Assembly: GCA_000708835.1 (NCBI GenBank)
Contig: DF237309.1
Coordinates: forward strand, 12,862-76,861
DNA length: 64,000 nt
Origin: Klebsormidium nitens
Lineage: Eukaryota > Plantae > Klebsormidiophyceae
Direction of reading: 5' to 3'
In this document: positions 15,398 through 30,100 of the stretch, piece by piece
Numbering within the stretch: the stretch's first letter is position 1
Layout: every line of letters begins with the position of its first letter
Program-made: the position numbers and the translations under genes
The notes under the pieces: model-generated
Seen by the model: the letters and a program-made list of their open reading frames with translations, nothing else
The model's database searches: none
What the model was told of the DNA's origin: nothing

Positions 15398-18216
15398 TTA
15401 TCCGTTGTTGCACAAAAGAAACACCGCAACCCCCAATGCAAACGTCCCCGCAAGCAAGCCGGCCCCAAACAGTTTCGTCCTTCCATCCGGCGTCCCCGTC
15501 TCTTCCAATCCTATCCGCGTTTTCCTTTCCAAAATGTCCCGCACTCGGTCCATGTCCCCATCCTTGGCCGCTTTCCGCAGCGCGTCCTCTCGTTGCAGCC
15601 TGTTCTCTTGCCGTGGGCTGGTGGCCCGCCAGAGCATGACCCCCACGAAGCAGCCCAGCACGACGTCCACCGAGTAGTGGTGCCGCTCGCGCACCTCGCG
15701 CATGCCCGAGTGCGCCAGCAGCGCCCACACCGCAGCGCTCGTCCAACCGGGATACACGTCCTGCAGCGCAAGACTTAATACCCTTCACTGAGTCTTAAAC
15801 GAAGGCGACCAACATTTGCGACTGCTGTAAACTCTCCTCGTGGTGAGTCCGTTTAGGTGATGCAGGTCGAAGGCAAAAACGGCTCATCACAGATGAAGCG
15901 AAGCCAATTCACAGAAGCAGCATCTGCTCAACCAGTAAGGGTCGTTCACAGATGCAACTATTTGCTTCCTGAAGGACGCCTTAGCCTCAAAGCAAAGCCC
16001 AGATACCGGTCTCTTTCATAGCGAAGCACCCCACATAATACCAGAGACCTGCAGAGTCCACTTAGCTCATCACTTTGCTGGTGATATCAGGATAAACATG
16101 GTTACACGCACTCACCTGGAAGGCTGCCGCAGTGAGGGCGGCGACCAGCATGTGGCCGCTGAAGACCAGGTCGTTGCAGCCGCCCCCCGCCCGCTTCAGC
16201 GTGGTGAACCAGTCGTCGCTGGACTCGGGCGTCGGGCGCAGGAAGGGCGCCAGGAACTGGAGGCGGCCCCACGCAGGGACGAACTCGGGCGGGGACTCCG
16301 AGGGCGGGGCTAGCAGCGGGATCAGGAGGTGCGTCAAGCGGAGTTAGAATGAGGCATCCAGCAAAGAGATATGAGCAGGCCCCGCGTGGCGGCGACGAGA
16401 AGCTGCAAGCGTAAGGAAAGTAAGAAGTGCTACCCAGCGAATCCAAAAGAATTTCCGGATTTCTTATGCGCGTGAGGGTAGATTGTATACATTCAATCAT
16501 CCTTGCAGTCGCAGGTAGTAGGTGCCGTTTGACGACGAGATACTCCGCTACGTGACCGTTGATGCGCTATAAGAGTGTACTGCAGCTGACCTGCAGCGCG
16601 GTGGTCCTTGAGGAGGCCCCACAGCGCCATCTGGTCGTGGGCATACGGCAAGTGGTACTGTTGGGCCCAGGGGGACGCGTGGGCGGGGACCTGGAAGCGG
16701 TGGGGGCCGCACCTGCAGCAGCCACAACCGATCAATCAAGGCTTGTAAAACTCTATCCTCCGGGACTTATTGAAAAAGGAGAGACCTCGACTGATGCGTC
16801 CCAAAACGCTCCATTGCAGGGCGGATGCAATAAAACCAGCCCCACGAGCAGGTTCAGAAGAGTCTCCTTGCTTAGAAGCCGATAAATCTTAAATGATAAC
16901 CCCGAAATTCGTAGAGCCCACTACCCCAAAAGCATGCCTTGCGGCACAGCGCAGCACTGACCAGGGGCGTGGCGAGGGCAGGATGGTGCCCACGAAGGCG
17001 AGGGTGCGCAGGAGGCGGCCCCAGGCCATGGCGCGCATGTACTGGGCGCCAATGTGGACGCCGGGGCGGGGCGTGCAGCCCCACAGGGTGGAGAAGCACA
17101 GCATGAGGAACAGCGCCAGAAAGTGGTGCAGGCCCAGCAGGGGGGCGCGCAGCAGCGCTGTCACGGGGGCCGGCAGGCGCTCGTCCAGGGCCTGAAACAG
17201 CCACTGCAAAGAGACAGGGAAAGGGTGAGCTGGGAGATCAGTGGGCGGTTCCAAATTGGGCAAGGCAAGGTTTTAACGAAGAAACAACTTTAGGACGATT
17301 TCAGAGTTTGAGTGTACTATGAGAACGAGCGACGACGTTGCAGGGTGGGTTTGGGTACTGTTTGAGTGGAGCAAGCAGTTGACTGAGGGAGGAGAGCTGT
17401 ATTCATGCATTGGGGGCCACGTACCTGACCCGTATCGGGGAGTGGGGGCTGTGACCTGCACAACCAAATGCAAGCAGTTGGGAGAAGCTGTGCCACACTC
17501 ATCTCCAGAAAGCGTAAATCAAGTATCTTCCACATTCATGAATTGCCGGAGGTTCCAAAGTATCATTTGTCCGCTTGTGTGCCCCTGATTCTGCTGGACT
17601 CACCTGTGCCAGTCGAGGCCCATGAGCGCTGTCACAAAGTGCACCCCAAACACGGCCTCAAATGCCAGGCTGGCCACCATGAAGAGCATGGACAGCAGGA
17701 ACAGCGGCACATGGCGTGCTTCCTGGGCCCAGCCTTCGTACGCAGGGATTCTGGATCAGAATGACAAGCGTGGATCTCATTGTCTGAATTCGCAAACAAG
17801 GTGAAGGCAAATCTGAAAGCGGCAGCACTGAAGAGGGTCCCTCTAAGACTTCCGTTGTCTCAAGTCCAAAAAAGGGGAACGGCAATGTAAGGGCCCACCA
17901 AACCCTAATTCTCGACAAGTCTGTATGAGCAATCAGGAAAGCAACATGGTGCCCATGCAGTGTTGCAGGCTTTAAAAGCTTATTGCTGAGGTCTCAGCAT
18001 TATGTTCTTGCTGAAGTCTTAGTGGGCGCCCATGCCAGCGTTTGCTCACCTGCTCAATGCTGCGCACCCTAGGATTGCCCACACCCCGATTCGGACGTAA
18101 GTTGCCCAGGTGGCGGGGAGCCAGGGCAGCTGGTCCACCACAAAGTCCAGAAGAAGGTAACCGAGCGCCACCGGCCCTAGGAAACCATGAGTTGATTTTG
18201 GGCGGCCTTTCATCAT
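15398..18216 (-). CDS. Sphingomyelin-synthase-like / PAP2_C family protein (resembles Arabidopsis At1g43580), about 7 exons
   Basis: VTALMGLDWHR|SQPPLPDTGQ|WLF, GLHHFLALFLML, GRLLRTLAFVGTILPSPRPW, LKRAGGGCNDLVFSGHMLVA and REVRERHHYSVDV (catalytic H...HxxxD motifs), with C-terminal AAKDGD and a TM helix. Confidence 0.9.
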
Positions 18217-18987
18217 TCTGAAGGTCTGATAGGAAAATGAATGGGGCCCCAAGATGGACCAAAAAAAGCATAGTCTTGTGTATCACTGCGCTTGAGCCTT
18301 GAGGCTTGAGGTCTTGCCTCACACAATGCCTCACACATGTCACTGTAAGCTGTTAAGAACAGCACAATGCACACGCAGGCTGGGGCCTGTCTTAACCAAA
18401 CCCAAACCAAATCGGGTTCCGCCCAACAAAAGCTTCACGCTGTACCGTACGATGATAAGTACGGGGATTTGAAGGCCTTGATTCTGGCGGGTGTTTGAAC
18501 TTTCAAAATTCAGGTTTACAAATTCCTGGTGCCTCTGCAGGGTCTGCACAGGACGTTCCCGTGCAGAGCTCAGATCGAGAGGCAGTCTTCAAAGGACTTC
18601 TCTGGTCATGCGCAGTGTTTGTTGAGCTGGCTCCTAGTGCCTAGCAATGGAAAGCTGGCGGAGCAGGCAACATTGCATGGTTGGAAAGTCAGCCGTATGG
18701 TACGCTGGCGGGTCACAATCCATAGAAGATTGCCCATGCCAAGATTTTCTAGAGCACTTTAGCGATAAAATGCTGGTTGCTTTTCAGCGCTGCTCAAAGC
18801 TGATCATGGCGGAAGCTCATTGAGATCATGCTGCTGAGCAATCTGGACTACAGTGCTAACCAAGGTGGTTGACCTAAAAATTTGCAGCATCCATTTTTGA
18901 AAAAGCAAAGGGGAAGCTGAGCAGGAAGTGTCAAAAAGCTGTGATTGCTGAAGTCACATAATCTAGCAGTTGTCCACCTGACCCAAG

Positions 18988-21900
18988 ATGGCGGCTGCAG
19001 AGGAGCACGAGGACGATTGCGACACCAGGCCTCCAATATTTGAAGGTGTCCGCTTTGCTCTGCTGGGCTATGACGCTGTGCACGCAGCAGAGGTCAGTCC
19101 CTTCAGCCGTGATGCTCCTCTTTGGAGCTCGCCGCCGACTGATTATGATCTTTCACTAGTTTTTGTTATATCCACAGGGGAGTGAGTTCTGTACTTGAAC
19201 TGCTTGGATTCTGCAAAACCAGGTACTGAGAAGGCAATCCTTGTTGATAACATTGATAACATGGACCATGAAACGTCCATAGCCTCTTACAGTCATGAGC
19301 AAATCTGTGTTTGTGTTTGGGCAGCTGCGGTCCCTGCTGGAAGGTGAAGGGGCTCAAGAGGTGGTCGATGCAAGCGAGGTGCCCCCGGGCTGCACACACC
19401 TGATCACAGCGTACAACTATGACGATCCTGCCTGCCTTTCGGCCAGGCAGGCAAAGGTCGTGGTCGTGCGAGCACTTTGGGTGGAGCACTGCATGAGGCA
19501 CGGGCCGGTTAGCCCCCACCGGGTGAGACCATGATTCCTTTGCAGGGGCCCGCGCTTTTTTCCATACTGGATGTCATTCTCCAACCTTGTTCCAGGGCAC
19601 ACATGTCGTTGTGACTACCGCACTCTTTGGAAGAGAGCTCCCAGCCTACAGCATTCATTTGAGAGGAGCTCAAGCAGAACTTCCTGCCACGTCAAGCAGC
19701 AGCATTGACTCATTTCTCGGTGGCATTGCAGGTGGTGTACCAGCCCCCCCGCCCATCCGCCCCACTTGCTGGGGCGGCCTCGCTGCAGATCAGCCTCACG
19801 GGCTACAAAGGCATCTACCGCACCACTATCATGGTACGTGAGACTTCGCAGCCATTTCATCGCCCGCGATGGGTGCAGGACAGCAGATGCTGCAAATAAG
19901 TGAACGTTTGCGTCCTAGTGACATTGCTCAGACTCTCAGATCATGCCCTGTCGAGCCTTGCAGGCGCTGTGTGAGCAAATGGGTGCGGTGTACACTAAGG
20001 AGCTGTCCGCGGGCAACACGCACCTCATCTGCTACGAGTTCAAAGGTCAGGAGCGCACTTCTCACGAGGCTTTGCCGTCGTTATTTGTGCTACCAAGAGT
20101 GGCTGCATAGATTCATGGAAGCAGACTGCTTCCTTGAACATGTGGAAGCTGCAGAAGCCCGGGACTATATTTGCAATGTCTATGTCTAGCAGTCAGCTCC
20201 AAGGTGTGGATACACCCATTCCCCTGCCTGCAACTCCTGTTCTGCGCTGTTTGCATCCAGCATTCTGCATGCTACCAGATTTCCTTGAACTTTATCTGCA
20301 ATGCTGCCCTCTCCGCTGCCCTGACCGCGGCTTTCAGTATGAGCCTCTCTCGTGCTGTGTTTCCAGGCGAGAAGTACAACTTTGCGCGCGAGCGTGAGCT
20401 GCACCTGGTCAACCACCGCTGGCTGGAGGACAGGTGAGGGCACCAAGCTGCAATCCCTTACCCTCCGACAGCAGAACACGGGTAGAGAAGAGATGCAGAA
20501 TGAAGAGTTTGAATTCTCTGGTCAAGCATGCGTTGTGCGCAGCTCAAAGGGCCTCGTCTGCCTCGCAACCCCACTTTGTGGTGCTTGTTTGACCCTCTCT
20601 GTCTGCTTCTCTGTCTCAGCTTGCGCCTGGGTGCCCTGCAACCGGAAGAGCACTATACAGAGCTCAGGTATGCCGCACCCCCACAACCTCTTTTCAGCAT
20701 TGAACCTGCCCAAAATGACAGAAAGCGCGAATCCTCGAGTAGCCCCAAACGCACCTCTTGCGTGCGCTTCCCTTTTTGACAATGGTCAGCCTTGATTCAA
20801 CCGTTCCAGTACATGTTAGGGGTCTTCACCCATCTGAGTGGGTTTCCAAAGCTTGTAATTCGCTGGATTCTATTTACTCGCTTAGCCGCTGTGTTGTGTT
20901 GATACAGCGGTCAGGAGGTGGAGGCTGCAGAGGAGGCGGAAGACCCAGCTGCGGAAGACGAGGCAGCGGCACAGGAGAAACAGTGCAAAGCAGAAGGTGA
21001 GGTGACAGGGGATGAGCGCCATGAGACGGCAGGAGAGGGGGTCACTGGCGGCACAGGAAATGAAGCTGAGCCCATGCAAGAAGATGACGACGGGGGAAAT
21101 ATGCAGACTGAAGAAGAGGCACTTCAAGGCAACGTCGAAGAGGGCTCGAAAAGTGGAGGCCCAGCGGAGGAGAACGTCGGCAGTGTGAGGCCCGAGCGGC
21201 GGGAGGGTTGGAAGGCTGCTGGGGCAACGGTGCGGGTGCAAAAGGGGCTGGGGTATCTGGCGGGCAGCGCACAGCCCCCTGGGTGGGAAGAAAAGGAGAG
21301 GGGCACGAGCAGGGGCAGCCCGAAGGGCGTGCAAAAGTACCTGGACGAGATGTCGAGTCTTGCAAGCGGGGGCGCAGAAAAAGGACCTCTGGAAGGAGGG
21401 GGGTGGGAAGAAGAGGGCGGAAAGGACGAGGACGTTTCATTTGCCAAGATGGGGCTGACGGAGAAGACGGCAAAGAGTGCTAACGAGGAAACGATCAAGG
21501 GGGCAGCTGAACCGGCGGAGCCGATGCGCAGTGTGCCTGAAGGAGAGGCAGCGGCAGAGGTAGAAGTAGGACCAGCTGTTGGGAAGGCAGGGGGCGGCAG
21601 GTTGAAGAAGGTGGGTGAAGCGGCCTGCCTGACACCAGTCGTAGAAAGTGGGGGAGCAAACGGCGTGGTGCCCCTGGAAGAGGAGGAAGAGGAAGAGGGG
21701 GGCCCAGCGCAGGCCAGCAGCAAAAAGGGGAGAAAGCGGGGGAAGAGAATCTTACTGGAGAGCGATGAGAGCAGCCAAGAGGGGGCCGCTGATGCAGCGA
21801 CACATGAGCCCACAAGACCAGAGGCAGCAAATGAGGAGCAGGGGGAAGAAAAGGAAGACGGTATGGCAGAGCCGGTGCAGGGACCCGTGCAAAGAGAGCT

Positions 21901-24900
21901 TGCAGATGAGGGGGGCAGCGAGGGGTCAGGCGACGAGGCAATCGCTTGTCTAGCCAAGGGGAACAAGCGGAAGAAAGTAGGGCAAGGACAGCAAGGGACG
22001 GCCAAGAAAGCAGCGGCTAACAAGAGGAAGAAGAAGGGGAGCGAAGCCTCAGGGGCTGAGTGTGAGCAGGATTCTAGGTCAGAAAGGGACGGGACAAAGG
22101 GAGGGTCAGCCAATGGAGATGAGGCGGTCATCGCGGAAGCCTCAGAACGGAAGCAGGATGAGCAAACGGGGGCCATGCCTGAGCAGGGCCAGAGAGCAAG
22201 TAGCGCAGGGGACGAGCAGGAAGCACTAGTTGGAGAAGAGGCCGGTCAGCCGGCTGAACCGAAGCAAGACGAGGAAATGGAAACGGAAGCAGCAGGGGAG
22301 CCAAAAAGCGCCGCCCAGCGGTCTCCTTTGGCCGCAGCGGCGGCGGGCCTCGGGCGCACCCCCGGGAAGAACGCTCTGGTGCGCGCTAAGCCGAAACCGA
22401 TTGTTAGGCGGGTTGGGGGCAAACCGAACCGGGCGTTCCGGCCCCCTGCCAGGGTGAAGGCTGCGGAAACGGAAAGTGGGCAGGAGGGGCCCGCAAAGAA
22501 GCCAAAAGGTGGGGCAAAGAAAGCGGTCCCCACTAAAGCAGCGGTAGCGGACATTGCGGAAGAGGCTGAGGAAGAGGATGCGCAGCAGGGGGGCCTGCAG
22601 CCATCGGAGGGGGCCAGTCAGGAAGAGGAAGGCCAAGCGGGCAAGAGGAAGGGCGGACCAGCAGACGGGGACGAGCAAGGGGAGAAGAAAGTGAAGAGCG
22701 GGAAGAAGAAACGGAAGCTAGCCAGCAACGGTAGTGTTGTGGTGGGGAGGCGCAGCGAGGAGATGGTAACGCCTGCCAAGGGGGCAGAGAGAAAGTCGGG
22801 GTCCGCAGGGGGTGCACCAGAACCAGCGGCTGAGCCAACGAGCGACGACCTGAGGCACGAGGCGGCGGGTGGAGGGCCGAAGCCCGAAGAGGAGTGCGGA
22901 ACAGCCTCCGCACTGGATCCGACAAAAACAGGGGCAGGTGTTGTTGAAAAGGAATGCGAGGGGGGGAAGGAAAAGAAAGAGGGCAAGCAGAGTAAGAAGG
23001 GGGGCAAGAAGCCCCAAGGGGTCAAGAAAGGGACCGGCGAAATCGAGGGAGGGGACATAAAGGAAGCGGCGAAGGCGGATTCGCTGATTGAGGCAAACAA
23101 GGAGAACATCAAAAGCGAAGCCGAGAAAGCCGCAGCGCAGGGGGTGTCCTGCGAGGCGAAGAGCAGCCTGGGAGGAGCGCAAACGGCGCCCTACTTTGCG
23201 TTTGGAGGGAGCGGGGAGCAGAAGGACAGCATGGTCAAGAAAGTCAAGGTCAGGCGAACGTCACCTGTGCGCGTCTCGAGCATTCGCAGTTGGGCGTGCC
23301 TGCTTCACTCCGGTGCCCAGAGCGGCTGCAGCGGGGCTACTCCGACCCCTTTTGAGTCGTTTCCCCCATCGTTTGCACTGCCACGTCAAGCGAATGGTTC
23401 AAGTTACTCAAGAAAGTCTGCCCCGCATTTCGAAAGGGATTTGGTACCTCGCTTAACTACCAGCGAGTCACCGGCCGTTTCACGGACGCTTCATTGGCTT
23501 CACGTCCCTGAAGCTCTTCGACAGCCCACTTCCGGTCTCGGTACCGATCTACGTGGACGATCTCTTGCAGGCGCTGGGCGGCCGCGTGGCGCGGCTGGGC
23601 CACGAATTTGACCGCAAGACGACCCACGTGGTGCATCCCCCGCCCCTGAAACGCACCGAAAAGGTGCTGGCCGCGCTTGCTGCTGGACTCTGGCTGCTGC
23701 AGCCGGCCTTCCTCACCGCCAGCAAGCCCGCCGGGGGGTAAGGAACGAGCTCGCGTGTGACAAAAGACCCTTTTGCCGGTCGTCAAACCTGGAAATTCGT
23801 AGACGAGCGCTTTTTAGATGGTCGACCAAGTGTGATCAACACTGATCCTTGCAAGGGATCCCCCCCCGCTTTTCTTTGTCGCACAAGCTTTCTATTCGAT
23901 TCGTCCTCCCTCTGTCCGTTCCATTGCTGAAAGCGAAAATGAATCACAGACTGACTTGCTTGCGGAAGTTTGCCACTCAAGCGAAATATCTGTATTGCGG
24001 AGGCAAGGCGGTTGCAAGGCATGGGTTCCTCGCCACTCGTTGCAGAAACTCTCAGTCAAGCGTTCAAAAGATGCCGACCATTACAGCCGCCCTTCCCGTG
24101 TTCAAAACAAAACAGCAAAACAGCCTCGATACGGTCCCCTTTCAGCGTAGACGAATGAGATTCAAATGCCAATCCACTTCCGTCGACGTTCTCTTTTCTC
24201 ACGTGGAGTTTCTCGCTCCCAGGTGGGCTACCGAAGAGGAGCACGAGTGGGTCCCAGGGACCGGTGACGTGGGCGCGGCTCTTGATTTGTCGGCGCCGCG
24301 CCACTGGCGGCAGCGACGCGCGGAGACGGGGCGGCGTGCGTTGCAGGGCCTGCGCGTGGTGTTGTACGGCGACTTCCAGAACCCGACCACTGACGCGCTC
24401 AAGCGAATCGTGCTCGCGGGGGGCGGCCAGGTGAGGCGGCACGAACAAACTTGCGGCTGCCCTTGGAGTGAGGGTTGATTCAGGTTTAAGCTGGATTGCT
24501 CCCTTGTTGGGATTTGCCACGATAGCTGGTTGGCGTTGTGGCTTGATTTAAGATGATCGACCGCTCGAATTGACTGGGCTTTGTCGTGGCGTACTGATAT
24601 CGGCTCAATCCTTTCTTTGAGATGGACGATGCACGAAGGCACCAACAGAGTGTCCAAAACAGGCACGGTCGACTGACGCTTCGACGGTTATCCTTGCGTT
24701 TCTGCTTCTCCTTTCACAAAGCCACACTGAATATCCACGCTTCTCACGTTGAGCTCGTTCCTTAATTGTGTGGTTTGTTTCGTCGTTATTCCGCTTTTTG
24801 GACGCCCTCTTTTTGCCCTGCCAGGTGTTGGCCAGCGGCCCCGGTCCCCTCAAGCTGCCCGCTGCGAGTGCGAGCAGCGTACAAGTCGCCATCATCGGAG

Positions 24901-25469
24901 AGGGAGTGCTCAGCGCCGACGTGTGCGTGACGGAGCTTTTGGCGGCCGGCGCGGGTTGCGTCAATGCCACGTGGCTCCTGGACACGCTCTCGCTGCCACG
25001 TGGCGATCACTCGCAGCACGTGCTGTTCGGCACGGAGGCCGCCGTGGCTGCCGCCCTCGAGAGCGTCAACAGTGCTCCGGCGGAACCGCAGAAAGGTACC
25101 GGCAAAGGGGTAGGGAAAATGGGGAAGGCAGGACCCAAAGCGAAAGGAGTTCTGCAACCCCATAGTGCAGGAGGGAGCCTTAAGACCAGCGCAAAGACGG
25201 GGAAGAAGGCGGGCAAGGACAAGGGAACTGCGAAAAGCGGGGGTTCGGTTGAAGCTGAGGATAGCGTATTAGAGGAAGAGGATGACGTGGCGTGCGGGGT
25301 GTGCGGCCGCGTGGACCAGGAGGCGGAGATGGTGCTGTGTGACGGCAGAGGGGGGCAGTGTGACCTGGCAGTGCACATCTTCTGCATGGCGCCGCCGTTG
25401 AAACAGGTGCCCGAAGGGGACTGGTTCTGCTCCATCTGCCAGGAAGGACAGGGCGGAGCGAGTCCGTGA
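18988..25469 (+). CDS. BRCT-repeat protein with C-terminal PHD finger (resembles Arabidopsis At4g02110)
   Basis: N-terminal BRCT pair (IFEGVRF...THLI...WVEHC; ISLTGY...THLICYEFKGEKY...VNHRWLEDS), a long E/K/A/G-rich exon (~20908-23249), a second BRCT pair (THVVHPPPLKRTEKVLAALAAGLW; LQGLRVVLYG), and PHD CGVCGR...LCDGRGGQCDLAVHIFCM...GDWFCSIC. Confidence 0.9.
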
Positions 25470-27186
25470 GGCAGGAAACATGGTCTGCAGAAATGTCAAG
25501 CGGCTCTGGAGCAGTATTTTGTGGCTCTGTTGCATCGCGGCACGAGCAGTCAATCGGTTTAGAGAACACGCAGTTCCTCAAGTGCTGCAGGGGGTCAAAC
25601 GGTGCTAGGATGATGCACTCAGTATTTATTCTGCTGGTGCGGGCTGGTCGGACAAAAGCAGGCTGTCAAGTGAGATGTCAGCTGTGATTCCGACCACCCC
25701 AATCCTTCTGGGGTGCTCTACCCGTCCTCTTCACATCAATCTGAATGAGATTGGCAGGCCCGCGGTCGGGCCTGGAGCTCTTGCCTTGGAAACCCGGCAC
25801 ATATTTGCACACGCGAACGCGGAAGCGTGGCCCCAGACAATGTTGGTGTGCCCGGCCGCGCTACCGCACGTGACTTGTGACGACATACCTGTGCACTTAC
25901 TTAGGTGCGGTAGATCTCAAGGGCTGCAAAGCCCGATATATTTTGGCGCGCCCCTTATAGTTTGATAGTTGACTGTCATCTTAAGCATCATCGTACGTGA
26001 TCCACGAACAACAATCAACGTAGGTACATGACTTCATTTAGTCATGTGCGAATGTTGTTCACGATCGAACGATATGCCATCTATCAACTTCACTCCGACC
26101 AGCATGACGATTAAGTTGGTACCGTACCGTAGCTAGTAGGACCACATGATGTAGCATTTCTCTAGCTAAAATCAATGATGTGCCATGGATGAGCCCGCAT
26201 GCATGCCGCAGCGCGCTGCCGCCGTCGGACGTCCGAATCGCGATGAGTCTCACTGAGACGATCATTGTTTGGCGGCCTGCAGCACACTGCATGATTGGCG
26301 CAATGCATGATGTACGTGTGTGCCATGTGCGCGCGCGCTGCAGCATATGGGATGGACTCCATCGTCTGTGGGTGACCGTCAGGGATATGCAGTGCGGCGG
26401 CCATAATGATGACCATATTGCAATCAATAATCACTAGATCGCGGATCGCTCGATCACTGAGCCTAGCCTAGTGTATTGTTCGCGCTGGCATAAAATAAGT
26501 GTCCGGTCGGCCAGGATCAATCGCCGGATACGTATATAGGATAACCTGCTGCGGGCCCGGCGCCGCAATCGGCGGCATCAAATGTGGATTGCGCCGCAAA
26601 CATGGCGGTACCGCCATGTTTACATTGAATGTATACATTGAACAGTGAATACATTGCCCCGGCCGGCTACGCCGCCTAAAATTGCACAAGCGCATATATA
26701 TAGCCTGAACGCTGGCATGCCGCAGCTAGTGCTCACGTACATAGAAAGATACACAATGATGGGCGGCCAGAGCGACCTCCGCCGACCGAGCTGCAATCAA
26801 TCAACCAATCCAATGCACACAAGCAATTGATGGAGGCCCCGCCAATAGCGTAACGTGGAGTCGCCAAAAGCGAGTGGCCAAAAGCGAGTGCTCATGACCT
26901 CAAGTGACCAATAAGCACCCGTAAGTGCTCTCACTAGAACGATCTCGACGAACAGCCGAAAGATGTGCCCTCTTCAGCGTCTATGTCAATTTACCTCTAT
27001 CACAAGGTCCTGCCTTAGTATACACCAACGCGAGCAGATTGATCTAACAACGCATACATCCTAGATTCTCCCGAATGATAAACAACCGAGGTTGCCCTCT
27101 TCCATCTTTCCCCGCCCCTCGCCATTACCCTTCCGCCACCCTCGCTCCTTCAGCTCTCCTCAAGGCTATTTCAGGGGGTGCCCCGC

Positions 27187-30100
27187 TTAGGCTTGTCTTC
27201 CCCCCCTCAGCGACCTCGTTTTCCCGATGGGGCGCGCCTCCTTCTGCATCCCTCGGTTTGTCTCACCGTTACCTACAGCCGAGCCCGACTGGACAGGTGG
27301 CGGCTCCAGGATCGTCGATCCCGCCAAGTCGCGCACCGCTGCCTCCAGGTGCTCAAGACTGCTGCGCATCTGCACAAGCAAACGCGGTGGATACCACGCC
27401 AATTGCCTGCCCTTGGGAGAGCAACAAAAGGAACTTTCCGAAGCCTTCGGAATTCCTATTCAAAGCCTACCTAGTCATGAAATCCAACTGACCGTTTTTA
27501 CTGCAATCAGCAACTACGCCATCCCAACGGACACAAGCTCCGTAGAATAGAAGAAATATGTTACATGCAAACTCAAATGGCAATACGCAGTGCTGCGACT
27601 AGAGCAAAGGCCCGTTCACGCAGACATGTCTGTCTATATATGCGAGAATATCATCTTACATATGTCCGAGTAATAAGAGTCTTCTTACCTTGCGCTTCCC
27701 TGCTGTGGATCTCTTCCGCTTGACACCGGCCAGCGCGTTCTCCCCTTTCCCGCCCAGAAGGGACGCCCCGACCATTCCGTTTTCCGTACCTTCCATTTCT
27801 TCCCCTCTTGTCCCATCCACAGCCATCTCCGCTCCCTCCGACTTTTGCTTGCCCGCCAGTGAGCTAGGGCCACGTGGCACTCCCTGATGGATTCCATTGG
27901 GCAACTTCCCGCCGTTCTCAACCGGCGTCTCGTCTCCTTCCGTAGCTTTGCTCTCCGCTCGAGCTGCCACCTGTTTCTGCTCGGTGCGACTTGTACCGGG
28001 CAGCTCCTGGGAGTGGCCGCCAATGTTGCTGTTGGCCCGGTTTGGAGGCCCCGGGGGAGACGGCTCGGACGGCAACTGAAGCCCCTTCTGAGGGCCCTGC
28101 AAATGGAGATGGGGATTGGTTAGCTTTTCGAGACTGGAAAACCTTGTGAAAACTTCAGATGTGCCGAAAAAGCGCAAAACGAGGTTTTACAAAAGGTCAA
28201 GTGGAACTTTAAAAACCCTCGTCTAGTGGCTGTGCCTGTCTTTGAGTTTCTTTGAACGCCTGTATCAAGGTGCTTTAAACTCGACGATCCAAGAAACACG
28301 GATTAACAGCGAGGACCCAGACTCACGCTGACTTGCACAAAGCTGAGTCTCCTTCAGCCTGCGATGCAAGAGCGCTAAACCTGGCCTTACCTTGCCTGCC
28401 TTCTTTGGGCCCTTCCCCTTGGCCCGGGGCTGCCCCCCGGGGGCGCACCGCGGGCACACCACAATGGCCGGCACACTGTCCCGGTCCCGGATCCGCAGGC
28501 AGCGCGTGTGCAGCCACGTGGCACACGTGTCGCACTCTGCCATGCGCTCCCCGTCGTCGTCCTTCGTGCCACAAAGACAGTCCACCACCCAGCTCTCCAG
28601 CCCCGCCTCGAACCGCGCCTCGCTCGCAAGATCCGCGCCCGCACCGGTACCTGTGAGCGACCACAGCGCCACGATCGCAGGATCGTCTTGGCCGGGGGGC
28701 AACGGGTGCACTTTTCCCGTTCTCTGCTCCCCCCTGTTGAGACTACCTAGTGACCCTTCCGCTTGCTGTTTCCCCACAAGTAACCCTGCGTTCTGCTCAC
28801 CCCAAGCTGCAGAGAAGTGACGGGGGACACCCCCTCCGGCGCCTTCTTCCGACGCCTCTCTCTTCGTATTCGTTGGCCCGCCCCCACCTAGCTGCCCAAA
28901 CTCAAGCGCCATGTCAGTAATAAGGCCTCCCCCCGTTTCGAGGGGTGCACTGCTGGGCTCCCAGGGTCCTCCCCCACCCGTCGCTTGCCCCGCTTCCGCC
29001 AACCCCTCCTGACGTGGACTGTCCCCGAGCTCTCCCATAGTAACGTCAGCAGCCGACTCGGACGGATAGGTCACTCTGTCCGTTCCCCCAAGCGCACTCC
29101 CCTTGCTATTCGCCTTGTTCACCTCCCTCCCAAATCCGAAGCTCCTCTCCTTCGCTAACAGGGGCCTTACCGCCGCCTTGTCCGGCGTCCCCCCCCACCC
29201 CTCAACTCGCGTCACCCGGAATGACCTCATCATGACGTACATCTCCTGAAACGCACTCCCCGCTTCCGCTTTCAGCTCCTTGAACGTCGCCCCCGAGGGA
29301 AGCACAAGCAGCTCCTGCGGGGGGTCGCATTTCGCCCGTGGATTCGGCCCCTGATCTTGAAGCTTTACCCCAAACAAAAGCCGGATGTCCGCCCCCTGGC
29401 CCGGCTCTTGACACCGCGACTCGCCACGTTCCCCGTGATAGCTCTTGATGAACTTTTTGGTGTTGTGGATCGCTTTGGACGCGCGCAGCACAGCGACGGG
29501 GTCGATCGGCGAGGGGTCGGTGTGAACGGCCACCGAGAGCCCATTCCCCACGTGCTTCGGCTCAATCCCCTCCCTTGAAACACCAAGCGGTTCCTCCTTC
29601 CCCGTCGTCGCCGCTCGTCCGCGATGCTCAATAGCGATTTCTTCATTCGCCTCCTCCCTTACGTCACTGGCCAGATGCGAAACGCTCCCATTCACATGGA
29701 TTTCAGCAAAGGCCGCCGGCACTTGCGAACCAGATCCTGTTCGCCATTCCTGTTTGGCCTCCACCAGATCTAGCTCCTTCTTTTCCGGCTTCTTCTCCTC
29801 ACCCTCAGGCCCCTGCGTCTTCGAAGTGCCAAACTTCCCTTCTGCCCCGCGACCATGTGGCTGATACTCCTCAGGAGCTTCCTTTTTGACCGCAAATTTT
29901 CCATTTCCCGTCAGCCCGTCCCTGTTGCCCGCCTCATGCACGCAACTCTCCCCCTTCCCTGAAGTACTATTTATCTTCTCGTCCGTTTGCAGCAGACCCC
30001 CTGCCGAACCGCTTTCAAACCCCTTTCCGGTAAATTCTCCTCCTCCCGTCCCCTCCGCAACACTGGTCAGGGGGGTCATTCCCAGCGGCGTTTCCTCCCC

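Noticed and set aside
20882-23182. Many antisense ORFs over the BRCT exon (similarly over the PHD, WW and LeuRS exons)
   Set aside because: Shadow ORFs of GC-rich coding exons.
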